Below, one piece after another: positions 25,790 through 38,385 of a stretch of DNA of 64,000 nucleotides. A model generated the notes under the pieces. That model was not told the origin of the DNA. It saw only the letters and a program-made list of their open reading frames with translations, and did not search any database. The translations under genes and the position numbers were made by a program. The stretch's first letter is position 1. Each line of letters begins with the position of its first letter. The stretch is from Octopus sinensis (taxonomy: Eukaryota): contig NC_043015.1 in NCBI RefSeq assembly GCF_006345805.1, positions 15,376,001 through 15,440,000 of the forward strand. Reading direction: 5' to 3'.

Positions 25790-26074
25790 TAGTGAAAGTA
25801 ATAGAAATGAAACTGAAAATATTATCACATTACAATAGAGATGTTATTGTTTCACTTTTGACACGTAATACTGAAAGAGTGTGAGAGATAAGAGTTTGCT
25901 CTGGGCTTGCATTAGGCAAGAAGTTGAAATATTTTTTGGCCCATGACATTGTATGGACCCTAAGTAAGGCATGTGTAAAATTTGAATGAAATTGCTTGCA
26001 TAGTTTTTGAGGTTTAATGATGCACACATACAGACAGACAAACAGACACTCATTCTCAGTTTTATATATATAGA
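25790..26074 (-). mobile_element. Helitron-like 5' portion
   Basis: Begins TCtatatatataaaactg like the 33654 end; no CTAG end found. Confidence 0.5.
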
Positions 26075-26149
26075 TGGCTCTACTTGCAATTTTATTCCAC
26101 CATCATGTTACCTTCCATCTTGGAACTCTGTTACAGACATAGATCTGGT

Positions 26150-26320
26150 CTGTTACTCAAGGCAGGTTGTCTCATAGGGATGCCTAGTTGTTCTCTACTG
26201 TGTAAGTCTCTATTAGCTTCTCTCTCCCATCTCATGTGTCAGCAAGTACTTTTCTAAACCTAGGTCTGGTCAGTTTCTATATCTTCCTTTGCCAGGTTGT
26301 TTTGAGTCTCTGAGTCTACC
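26150..26320 (-). mobile_element. Decayed RTE 3' fragment
   Basis: gactcaaaacaacctggcaaaggaagatatag resembles the GRPRxTWxRxI C-terminal motif. Confidence 0.4.
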
Positions 26321-28269
26321 TCACTCTTATTGTAAGGTTACTGATCTATAATCAATACTGAGTGGTACATGTAAGGCTACTGATCAGTAATCTATACTGA
26401 GTGGTTAATTTTTCACAACTAAGCTACTTATCCCATATCCTGGTGAATATCTAGTCAATTTCGTTCACATGTCCACCTGACAGGTAGATGGCTAGATATC
26501 TGTGGTTAGTGTTGCAGTTGGTTAGTTTGTTTGTATCACAGAGCCCTAAAAACCTTGATCCCTTCTCACTCTTCATATCATATCAATAATGAATTTATGT
26601 ATTTTTTTTTCACTAACCATTGGTTTTGATTTGATTTGTTGGCTAGCAATTTTGAGATTACTGAAATGTAGGTGATTACTACCATACACTATCAATTAGT
26701 AAATTGATTCCATATGAAATATGGAATTTGAATTAGCAGCTCAAGATAATTGGAATTATAGATTAATCGTGGCTTTCAAGAATATAAAAATATTATATAA
26801 GTTTCATAAAACATTTTCCTTCTAAGAGTTAGATTCAGTGATTAATTCAATTTTAAATAAATGTTGGGGCTGGCGTTTATGTAATATTTCAAATTCTGAA
26901 AGTTGAATGTAAATGGACATTGATTGGGGTTTAATTCATTATATTCAGAATTGATAAAATAAATATTGCTTCTTTTTGACAAGTTGGTGAATATTTTATT
27001 TTCAAGAAATAAATTAGTAAAGAACTCCTAGATGCTTGTAATAGCCTATTTCCTCATGGTTAACCATTTTAATGATAGTGAGCTACCAGCTTGTTGTCAT
27101 TCAATAATATGTTGCTTTGTCAGACATTCACATCATTAATGCATTAATTATAAATGTAATAGATTCTGTTATCCCTAACTTGCTGATATTATTAACATTA
27201 TCTTCTTTGTTATGACCCAGTCTAAAGTTAATTAGTTACTAATTAGCAGCCAGGTATAGACTTTATGTGTGGTACACTCTTTCAATAAAAATATTTGATG
27301 TAAGACTTTCTTAGCAGCAGAGAGACCTGATGCTTACAATTCAATGGAAATACTATTCCTATTATCAGAATGGTGAAATGTCAACCATAACATTTTTATT
27401 TTTTTCAAATTTTGAAATACATTTTTATATCAATTTCCAGTAGAGTCTTTCTACCTGTAACATTCTTAGAAGATTAATCAATAATCTCCCATCATCACCT
27501 CCACACTTGTCAGATAATCAATATCAAGGAACTGAGAATAAAATGATACAGAATGTGAATGCATGCCTTATTTAGACATATTTAAAAAAAACAACATTAT
27601 ACCAGCAATTGTTAAAACATGATTTTAGAAGTTATCTAAAAGGAAAAAAATCCACAAAAACAACTATCAGCTCTATTAAGTGGGTAGCAGAAGTAAAGTG
27701 AAACAAAACTATTTGAAAGTAGTTCTTAGGAGATGTCTGTGAGAAGTTAGTCATATAATCCCTGGATAAGGGAAGCATTTTTTTCTTTCCTCATACAGAA
27801 ACATGAAGTTGAAATTGAAGAAGACAGTAAAATCATTGATTTGATTCTACTAGTTAACCTATAGATACTGGATGTATTCCCTTAGCTGGTTCTTGTACTC
27901 ATTATTATTATCATCATTCAGTTTCACTCCATCCTTATTTATCTCACCGTCAGCATCATTACCATCAACTATTTAATATTCACTTTTCTTAATTGTCTTG
28001 TGTTAAGAATGATGTAAAAAAAAGTATATTTTATATATATTATAAATTTTATAAATACATCTTTATAGTTTAATTTTATAAGATCCATAAAATTTATACT
28101 CTTTCAATATTTCCTTGACCCATCTCCTTCTCTCTCTTTAAATCCACAACTGTAAGATCAAAGTACTTTATATACTGCTTAATGTATATTTTATATTCAT
28201 AAATGTATTGAATATTCATGGTGTGTCAATACAGAGATGGTGACTGCTTCAGCTAAATGCCTATCTTAC

Positions 28270-28325
28270 CTTAATTGCAAACAATCTGATGATGGTGAAA
28301 ATTAGCCAAATAAACAGTAAATATT
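28270..28325 (-). CDS. Candidate 56-nt hydrophobic exon (unassigned)
   Basis: Acceptor tttcgtttattattttAG, donor AAG|GTAAGA; (E)YLLFIWLIFTIIRLFAIK, phase 1 to phase 0. Confidence 0.4.
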
Positions 28326-28486
28326 CTAAAATAATAAACGAAACATTAAGATGACTTTCATAAATGGAATCTATCTTCTGTTTCATTCAATATTATCTAT
28401 ACATGCTGTTACCAAGAAACTTGCCAGCAGCCACATTGCTATCAACAATAATAATGATTACTTTTAGTCAAATGATGTCAAATTTC

Positions 28487-28526
<40 letters not shown>

Positions 28527-28629
28527 CAGCAGCAGCAGCAGTCTAATTGTTACCATTCAAATAGTAGTGTTGCTCTGATCAACTTTAAGGTAAGAAATCC
28601 GCTTCATGATCATAATCATTATCAACATA

Positions 28630-28662
<33 letters not shown>

Positions 28663-29285
28663 AGTAGTTTTCCAGTGCTCTCAAGAAAGAAAGGTTTATT
28701 GACTGATATTTCCATATTCATGAAGCTAATACAGAACCTCCAACCCCGTCACCAAAACAACTGTAGACTCATTGAACTATTGATCAACATTGACGACATA
28801 TCCATGGATGTCATATCATAAGTGGCTAGAAGGAAAAACTGAAGTGAGATTGCTGTGATCTTCTATTATAATTCCATTCACATTTAAGATGCATTATAGG
28901 AATCAAACACTACTTGTCTGATACTTCATTTTATTGATTCCTGGAAGAGTGAAGGGTGAAGTTGCCCTTAGTGTGATTTGAACTTAGAACAATGAAAGCT
29001 ATAACTAAATACTGTAGGGCATTTTGTCTGATGTGCTAGCAACTCAGCCATTTCTGAGAATAATGATTATTAAGAATATTAAGGAAGCAAACAGCTTCTA
29101 CATACAATATCAGAAAACTCTACAGTCATTTCTTTTAAATCTAGTAATAACCACTTACAACATCAAAGTTTTTTATTTTGTGAATATTTGCTGTATCAAT
29201 GATAAATTAATTCCATTCTGTAATGCTTTGTAAGTGAACTTGGTAGATGGAAACTGTATAGAAGCCTGTCATACATGTATGTGTG

Positions 29286-29353
<68 letters not shown>

Positions 29354-30410
29354 TGTGTGTATGTGTCTGTGACTTTGTGTTTATGTTCTTTGTCACCCTT
29401 CATTACTTGACAACAGGTCTTGGTTTGTTTACATTCCTGTGACTCTGCAGATCAAAGAAGCTGATGGACTAAGTACCAGACTTAAAAACCAAGTACTGGG
29501 GCCAATCTGTCCAACAAAAACTCTTCAAGCCAGTGCCCTAGCATGATCATAGTCTAATGTCTAAAAGATGGCAGATGAATGAACTGAAAGAGAGTTAGTC
29601 TATCGACTGATTGACTGACGTCAATTCATCCAGTAAACAATGTTACACTGTATCTAGGTAAAAGTAGTTACTCTCAATGATTTACCTGACCTTGATGTTT
29701 ATAGATGCAACGATATATTATTAGTCACTTCTGTTGTTAGTGTCATTGTTATTGTTCTTTATCCCCACACCCATTCCAATTAGCTCTTTCATGGGGATCT
29801 AGGATTACACAATCCAATGTATCCATCTCATATTAAGATAATGGGGTGTGATTCGAGGAAATTTGGTTGCTATTTCTAGCAGGTCAAGTGACCATGTAGA
29901 GGCTTATTCAGTGGAAATATTACTGAATATTTTGAAAGTTTCTCGTAATTTGGAGTAGACTGTTAACTTTGTGATGGCATTGTAATATCTCTCTAGTGTA
30001 TCCCCACTTGAATTACTGCATAGAAGTTAAAAGATGCACATTGTATAAATGATCCATTGAGCTCTGAGCAATTTGTTTACAAAGGATGTTTTTAATTCTA
30101 TAAAAAAAATCAGTGATTCAAAGATCAAATGTGTAACTCTTAGAAGTTAATTCTCTTGTTACCATATTTATGCTGAAATACACCGCCTTTGTTTCAATTA
30201 GTTTTGGAAATAAGGAATTTAATAAAATAATCTAGTCATTATTAAGATGGTATTTCAAACATAAATTAAATTAAAATTTTAATAGAATGCTTTGATTTAG
30301 ATCCTTTCAAAAGAGAAAGTTTATATCATAGAAGCAGAGGTCGTTTCAGGTAGGTTCATTTCAAAAGGACTAAGTCTCAATTCAAGGAATAAACTAGACT
30401 TACATACACA

Positions 30411-30449
<39 letters not shown>

Positions 30450-30479
30450 GCAATCATACACACATACATGCAGATACAT

Positions 30480-30540
<61 letters not shown>

Positions 30541-30580
30541 TGTAGACACACTTTTAAACAATGTTATGTGTTTTTTCCAG

Positions 30581-30639
30581 AAGGAACAGATGATGAGCTT
30601 ACTTTCAAAACCAGATATATGCATTGGAATGACTTTTGA
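30581..30639 (+). CDS. Candidate terminal coding exon of an unidentified plus-strand gene
   Basis: Acceptor gtgttttttccAG; (E)GTDDELTFKTRYMHWNDF*; followed by about 800 nt of non-repetitive, UTR-like sequence. Confidence 0.35.
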
Positions 30640-31574
30640 TTAATTGTTTAAAGCAACAACTTTAATTTATCTGATTTTGATTGGAAGACTAAGTTTCGCC
30701 TACTGTCTATATGGCATTTACCTCAGTTTTACTGAAAAAAATTTCACATGCATAAAGCCAGCAACTTGCAGACTGTGTTTTAATGGTTACCATGAAATTG
30801 ACCAAATATGCATTTATACCAGTTTTGAAATTAAGCTCCTCAAATATGAAAAAATATCATGTGGATTTCCAACTTTTGTATATGCCACATACAGTTGCCC
30901 ACGAGAGAAACAATGTTCTGCAAGTTTTAGTTCAATGACAGATGAAGCTTGTTCCTGATATTTATTTTAAGTCCTAACTAAGTTTTACTGGGAACAAAAG
31001 CCTTTTGAATATGAACAGCATTTCAGAGTCAGACAGAATCAAGGGTATTCTGGTATAAATGAATTGTCTCTCATACATCAACCAGTTGAAATAGCAGCTG
31101 CTTTTGAGTAAGAGTGATACAGCTTCAAATATGCAGTTACCATCACCCATGACTTTATATAAGAGATAAGTTGATATGATTTTGCTGAATATTTTTTAAT
31201 GATTTTAAAAAGGTATTTTATCTTTTATTAAAATTTTAGATGGCTTCTTTGTGAACAGAACATTGACCAACAAATATAACACTGAAGACTGATAAGTCTA
31301 AATGATATCAATTTCTTGTTTAGACGTTTTTCTAACTTTGTGATAGATGACTGGCTGAGTACAATTTCATAAGTAGTAAAAGAAGAAATGAATATTTTTT
31401 TCATTTTAATAAGGCATTTCACCTTCAATGTTGACTGCGGACGAATGTTGGTGAAACAAAAGTGATAAGACTAAACAATTAGCAGATGATAACTACTTTA
31501 TGCCTGCGCATAAATACTAAATAAAGAAGAGGAAATACTTTGGGTATTACTGGATAATTTTGGCTTAAACAGTT

Positions 31575-31616
<42 letters not shown>

Positions 31617-32466
31617 TGAGTGTGTGGATGAACAGAAGAACATTTCTCTCTGAATGACATCTATGCAAAGTTATTAACCCTCTGCTACTTTACTTAGTTA
31701 CACTTTATATCAGTCCTTTTTTTCTTTTCCTTTGTTTTTCCTTTTTTTTTCTTCTTTCCCTTTTGCGATCCCCTTTGATCGAAAACCTACCCCACTTTTT
31801 TTTCTCCAAAAAAAGAAAAGCTCTACTTTGTAATCTGTCCTGTCTGTATGCAGCCCTGTGTGGCTAATAAAGAAACATATCTGTTACTAATCCTTTCCCA
31901 CTTCCCTTAGCTACCCAGCTCACACACCAATCCTATTCCTTCCTCTTACTCTTCAAAAATACCCTACTTGCCCTTTAGAGTTTTTTAAGTTCTAAGACAT
32001 GGCATTTTATTATATGAAGACAAGTGTCAACACAGCATGTTCTACATTGGTTTGATATCAATTTATTGTATATCAAATAGTGTATATGCATAAGTATAAA
32101 CATATGGCATGCATGTAGGAAGAATGCTGGTAAGACATGCAACATGAATGAAGCCCAAACATCAATAAAGGAAAAAGTAAAGTAGAGGTATAAGATGAAA
32201 TGCAATTATGTTGAAAAGAGCATGCATTTATAAAACAATGAAATATTATTGCCTAAATACTGCCAATAAATTTTAATATATATATATTTTTTTACATCCA
32301 TCTTCCTTTTCTATTTCTCCTGTTTCCAAAGAAGAGCTTTGTACGAAACATAAAACCACCTTTCTTTCCTCCCCTGAGTATCTGCTAATACTTTACATGT
32401 ACCATGTCCTCGCATTGTTGTTCTTTTTTGTGTTTGTTCTTCATTTTATTTTATCTACTATATATA

Positions 32467-32523
<57 letters not shown>

Positions 32524-32534
32524 TATATATATAT

Positions 32535-32730
32535 AATACAAAATGGGACAAGAACACAAAATATCTGGACAGCTAGGTGATACAAAAAGGGACAACAAAA
32601 CATCCAGATAGACGATACAAAGAAAACAAGGATGGGTCATTCGAAGCCCACTATCCTCAGTCAAGCACCAGATTATCCTCGCAATTTTGGCTGATTATTC
32701 TCGAGATTGCTCCAATCTGGCTAGCTCCAA
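32535..32730. mobile_element. Short repeat between (TA)n tracts, same family as the 24.1-24.4 kb palindrome
   Basis: Shared tgggacaagaac...gacgatacaaa...ttcgaagcc...cagtcaa...atcct...caattt(c/t)ggctga. Confidence 0.65.
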
Positions 32731-32797
<67 letters not shown>

Positions 32798-33018
32798 TAT
32801 ATAAGAATATTCACACACACACCAATGTATTTTTAACACAACCAGTATTTGTTATTAAACACGATATCATCATAAATGCTGTTATCTTATTTACATTTAT
32901 GTGTAGTGAAAAACTGAGCCCATCTCATTCACATTATTGTCACCCTTTCCATGCAAACTGAATGAAAGAAGTACATTCTTTGTTTATATACAACATATAA
33001 TTAGATATTATTGTTACA

Positions 33019-33654
33019 CTAGCAGTATCGCCCGGCGTTGCTCGGGTTTGTAAGGGAAATAACTATATAAGCATTTTTAGAGAGTTATAGCCAAAAAATA
33101 GCAAAAAATGCATAAAAAATGGAAAAAATATGATGGTAAATTTTTTTAAAAATCGTTGACTCATCGTAGACATTTTTAGAGAGTTACTTCCCTTATATAA
33201 TAGCGAAAAAATGCATTAAAATGGAAAAAAACGATGGTAAATTTTTTTTTAAATCGTAGACTCATGTAGACGCTTTCTTAGCCATTTCTGTTTTGGTGTC
33301 TTCAAGCCATGAAGTCGTTGTTCTAAAAGAACGCTGGTCTCCTTGACAACGCATTACGACGTTGATTTCCTTACACTCCCTTCCCCACAGGTGCAGGTGT
33401 GAGCGTGGACGCCAACTCCGCCGCCATCGACACACGAAAAATTATGCATTAAAATGGAATAAAAAATGATGTTAAATTATTTTTAAAATCGTAGACTCAT
33501 CGTAGACGCGCGCTAATACTCAGACGGGCTCGATATGAATCACGAATATAAGCTACCCGAATTTGGTTAAACTGCACCGCAAAATGTGGGAGTAGTTAGG
33601 AATCTAAATCGAAGGGGACAGACACTCACACAACTACAGTTTTATATATATAGA
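33019..33654 (-). mobile_element. Complete non-autonomous Helitron-like element
   Basis: A|TC 5' end at 33654, CTAG|T 3' end at 33019, hairpin cccgagcaacgccggg; three internal repeats of aaaaaatgcattaaaatgg...tcgtagactca. Confidence 0.85.
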
Positions 33655-33729
33655 TACACATAGCGCAGTAGTGGTGAGATGTGACAGCAAAGAAAAGCAT
33701 ACATTCACTCTCTGCATGCAATTAGACTC

Positions 33730-34265
33730 GGAAAGTTCGTGAGGAACCCATTGACCCAATTTGCTGACTTTTCCGATAGCACACAGGTCTCAATGAATGG
33801 TTGAATGACCAAATCCAAGCTTCTCTGCTAGTTCCTCAACAGTTACGATGAGATTTTGTTCCACCAGGGTTTTCAGGATGTCCTTGTCGAGTTCTACAGA
33901 TCTTTCAGGATGAGGCTCGTCTTCTAGGCTGTAGTTTATGGCTTGGAATTTCTGGAACCACCATTGACACTGTCTTACGCTTATTGTCCAATCCCCATAT
34001 ACTGCATTAATATTTCTTGTACTTTCCGTTGCGTTGTTGTCTTTATTGAACTCATAAAGCAAAATATGCCAAATATGCTCCTTTGTTACTTCCAACATAG
34101 CTTTGAAAAAAATAGCTGTTAAAATCGAAATGCACTCTTCAAAACTTGCACTATGAATAAGGACAAGATAAAATTACTACCTGCTTTTATAGCAAGTTAA
34201 TATAAGTAGTTTATCCCATTCCCCTCTGACATTTAGTTCAAGCTGTTGAAAAAAACCGCATTATT
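33730..34265 (-). mobile_element. Mariner 5' fragment (HTH region plus partial TIR)
   Basis: MLEVTKEHIWHILLYEF...WFQKF...SLEDEPH; highly similar to 14970-15440. Confidence 0.85.
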
Positions 34266-34519
34266 ATATATATATACATACATACATACATACATATACA
34301 CACACACTCTCTCTCTCACACACATGCACACATTTATATTCTGTTATTCTTTTATATGTTTCAGCCTTGAGGTTGTGGCCATGCTGGATCATGTGTGTGT
34401 GTGTGTGTGTGTCTATCTGTCTGTCTGTCTGTATGTATATATGTATATGTATGTGTGTGAACAATAATATTTTCAACAGATGTGTTGCAAATGTATCTGA
34501 TTGTTCTCAAGCTTCAATA

Positions 34520-34634
34520 CTGTGTGTGTGTGTATGTGTGTGTGTATGTATGTATATGTATGTATGTATGTATATGTATGTATGTATGTATGTGTGTATG
34601 TATGTATGTGTGTATGTATGTATGTGTGTGTGTA

Positions 34635-34667
<33 letters not shown>

Positions 34668-34690
34668 ATGTATGTATGTATGTATGAGTG
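34520..34690. repeat. (TG)/(TATG) microsatellite
   Basis: Direct reading. Confidence 0.95.
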
Positions 34691-35100
34691 TATGTTTACT
34701 TTATTACTAACACAAGCCACTACGGTTATTTAATGTAAAGTCTTCCTCAAATCACTCTCTCTTGCTATTTACTCTCTTCCAAGAACATTTTCACTCACTC
34801 TTATGTCTTAGCTTCCCATACATTTTACTCATGTATCTATCAGCGTCATAGACAGAAACAAATATTACATCACCATCGTCACCGCATTCTATTGTCTACC
34901 TGTCAACACACTGAATTACTTTCACTTTATTCGTAGCACACTGTGTGTGTGCGTTTGCGTGTGCTGTAAACCAGACTAAGAAAAGCATTTGACATACACA
35001 CCAGAATGTGAGTTTTCTGTAAATTTTGCTTAATTGGAGTTAAAATTTTAAAAACTGGACCTGGCATGACCCGATGCATTCTACTCTTAAAAATGCTAGG

Positions 35101-35168
35101 TAAATTGTAATTGAAGAAATCCTATATTGTAGAAATCTACAATATAGGATTTCTTCAATTACAATTTA
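35101..35168. repeat. Perfect 33-bp-arm palindrome with a 2-nt loop
   Basis: taaattgtaattgaagaaatcctatattgtaga-aa-tctacaatataggatttcttcaattacaattta. Confidence 0.95.
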
Positions 35169-35827
35169 TAAGATACAAAGGGAGGCAGATAAAATCTGCC
35201 TTTTATAATAAGAGATATAAAATGAAAGTGAAGTGAACCAAACTGATATGTAATGATATAAAAACAATATAATCTTAGTATTACTTATGTTAAAGCAATG
35301 GGTATACATACACAAATGTGCCCCATTGACTTTGTTTCCTTGTAACATCTAAAAAAATGGATATTTGTTAATGAAAGTTTCTACAAATATGCTTCAAATG
35401 GTGTAGATTCTTATTATATCTGTATTTGTTGTATGAAAATTTTTTCAGGAGAGTGTGGAGAGAAGCTTCAGAAAATTCATGAGTTGGCTTTGTTTCCTCA
35501 TGACTTTTGGGGAAATGGGTATTTTTAGATGAAAGTTTTGACAACTTCCTTTCAAGTGTGTAGATTATGATTATATCAGAATTTAATATGAATATAGAAA
35601 CTGGTGGGATAGCACATATTCATACTGTCACCCATCACGTTTCTTTTCAAAAAATTTATTTCACATCAAATTCTGATATAATTGAAATCTACCTCATCTG
35701 GAGCATGTTTGTAGAAATATTTGTGAACAACTGTCGTCAACTTACCAACAACCCCCCTCTCCCTAGAGCTACACATTCCTCACACCCACACCCCCTTTCC
35801 TTCCTCAGTATTCTAAAAGTTACATAT

Positions 35828-36247
35828 GGCACGGGCATGGGTGTGTGATATGAATTTTGTTTCCCCACCACATGGTTCCAGGTTTGGTCCCACTGCATGG
35901 CATCTTGGGCAAGTGTTTTCTACTATAGCCTTGGGCCAACCACAGACTTGTGAGAAGATCTGGTAGACAGAAACTGAAAGAAGCACGTTTTGTGAATATA
36001 TGTGTGTGTGTGTGTGTGTGTATAAATGTATGTGTGTCTTTGTGTTAGTGTTTGTCCCACAACCATCACTTGACAATCAATGTTTGTGTGTTTATGTCCT
36101 TGTAACTTAGCTGTTCGGCAAAAGATTCCGATAGAATAAGTACTAGGCTTACAAAGAATAGGTCCTGGGTGTGATTTGTTCAACTAAAACTCTTTAAGGC
36201 AGTGCTTCAGCATGGCCACAGTCAAATGACTGAAACAAGTAAAAGGG
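35828..36247 (+). mobile_element. SINE family A copy
   Basis: Head, spacer and tail as in 10535-10936. Confidence 0.8.
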
Positions 36248-36669
36248 TAAATATATGTATTGGTGTGTGTGTATGTATGTATCTATGTATTAATGTATGC
36301 ATGTACGCAGCGTCTATCATAATATATTAACATCTTTCTCAAGCCCTGCCTACTGCTTGGAAATTTTCCAGATTTGTTGAAAAAGACAATTTCCCCAATG
36401 GCACTGGAACTTTGTGTTTTCTCTCAGCAACTACCTTTCTTAATTTGGTCTTTTATGCTCATGTTTTGAGAGTTTGAATGTTTACTTGTAACTCATCCAT
36501 AGATTTTGCTACAAAAACCAAATCATCAGCCTATGAAAGTCCACCAGGGCCATCAATCTTGAACTCTACTTCTTAGTCTTAAAAACTGCAATGACTAGAA
36601 AGTGTGTAAAAGCTTAGACCAAAACTAATCTCCTCACTTGCTTGTTACTAATGATAACCATTCTTTTAT

Positions 36670-37055
36670 TCTTTTACTTATCTCGGTCATTTCACTGTAG
36701 TCATGCTGGAGCATTGCCTTAAAGAGTTTTAGTTGACCCAATCAATTCAAGAACTTATTCTTTTTAAGCCTAGCACTTATTTTCTTGGTCTGTTTTGCTG
36801 AACTGCTAAATTACAGGGACATAAACTCACCGACATTGGTTGTCAAGTGATGGTGGGAGAGGACAAACATAGACACAAAGACACACACATACACACACAC
36901 ACATATATATACAACCGGCTTCTTTCAGTTTCCACCTATAAAATTCACTCACAAGACTTTGGTTGGCCTGAGGCTATAGTAGAAGACACTTGCCCACACA
37001 GTGGGATTGGACCTGGAACCATTTGGTTGGGAAGCAAGCTTCTTACCATACAGCC
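36670..37055 (-). mobile_element. SINE family A copy
   Basis: Reverse complement of family A. Confidence 0.75.
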
Positions 37056-37099
37056 AAACCATGTTAACCTCATTTTTCTACTTGGATTGCAGTGAAGGT

Positions 37100-37830
37100 A
37101 CATGGGTCAGTGGTTAGTGTATTCAGATTACGATTGTAAAGTCATGAATTTGATTCCTGGTGGCTTGTTGTGTCCCCTCAGCAAGACACCTTATTTCACA
37201 TTACTCCAGTCTACTCAGCCAGCAAAAATAAGTTGTACTTGTATTTCAAAGGCCAGCTTTGTTATATTCTGTGTCAGGCTGAATTTTTCAGAGAACTATG
37301 CTAAGGGTACATGTGTCTGCATAATGCTCAGCCATTTATCGTTTGTCTTTTACTTGTTTCAGTCATTAGACTGTGGTCATACTGGGGTACTGCCTTGAAG
37401 GGTTTTTAATTGAATAAATCAACCTCATGATCCTTTTTTTTAAAGCCAAGTACTTATTCTAGCAGTCTCTTTTGCTGAACTGCTAAATTGTGGGGATGTA
37501 AACACACCAGCACCGGTTGTGAAGTGGTGGTGGTGGGAGATAAACAGAAAGACAGACAGACAGACAGACAGACACACACACACATACGATGTGTTACTTT
37601 CAATCTCCATCTATCAAATCCATTCACAAGGCTTTGGTCAGCCTGAAGTCATAGTAGAAGACACTTGCCCCAGATGCCATGCTGTGGGATTGAACCCAGA
37701 ACCATGTAGTTGGGAAACAAGTTTCTTACCACACTACCCTACCCTGCCTATGCATGCTAATTTCACGAGCAGGCTGTTTGCTTGACTGGATCAACTGGAA
37801 CACTTATCATAACCAACTGAATGCTTGTAA
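37100..37830 (+). mobile_element. SINE family C copy interrupted by a minus-strand family A copy (about 37340-37755)
   Basis: Family C body resumes at ctaatttcacgagcaggctg after the insert. Confidence 0.65.
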
Positions 37831-37919
37831 ATATGGCTTGCAAAGCTCTCATAAACTGTCATTCATCTTAACCTAGCTCCACTAAACTAGATTACAGAGA
37901 AAAATATTGTGTAAGGCCT

Positions 37920-38385
37920 TTTGGCATCCATGCTAGTGGGACGCTAAGAGTACCATATGAGCGTGATCGTTGCCAGAGCAACAAGCTGGCCTCCATGCTG
38001 ATGGCACATAAAAAAGCACCATTTGAGCGTGATCGCTACCTTCATCACCTTCTGGCACTTGAGCTGCTGGCATGTGAAAAAAACATTCAAGCGAGGTTGT
38101 TGCCAGTACCGCTGGACTGGCTCCTGTGCAGGTAGCACATAGAAAGCACCATTGGAGCATGGCTGCTGCCAGTACCGCCTGACTAGACCTCGTGCTAGTG
38201 GCATGTAAAAGCATCCACTACACTCTCGGAGTGGTTGGCGTTAGGAAGGGCATCTAGCTGTAGAAACTCTACCAGATCAGATTGGAGCCTGGTGCAGCCA
38301 TCTGGTTTGCCAGTCCTCAGTTAAATCGTCCAACCCATGCTAGCATGGAAAGCGGACATTAAACGATGATGATGATGATGATGGA
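37920..38385 (+). mobile_element. Family D repeat with internal repeats and an RTE-like 3' tail
   Basis: aaaaagcaccatt...gagcgtgatcg repeats; tail cagattggagcctggtgcagcc...ggacattaaacgatgatgatg shared with the RTE 3' end at 18.2 kb; short copies at 42505-42701 and 46005-46175. Confidence 0.7.

Noticed and set aside
30644-30958. 104-aa Cys-rich ORF with hydrophobic N-terminus
   Set aside because: Starts at TTG directly after a stop, with no ATG or splice acceptor giving access; likely a chance ORF in UTR-like DNA.
31720-31880. LINE 3' end resembling 9160-9261
   Set aside because: Only the terminal ..gtg(t/c)..taataaag(a)aa pattern is shared; no ORF or TSD.
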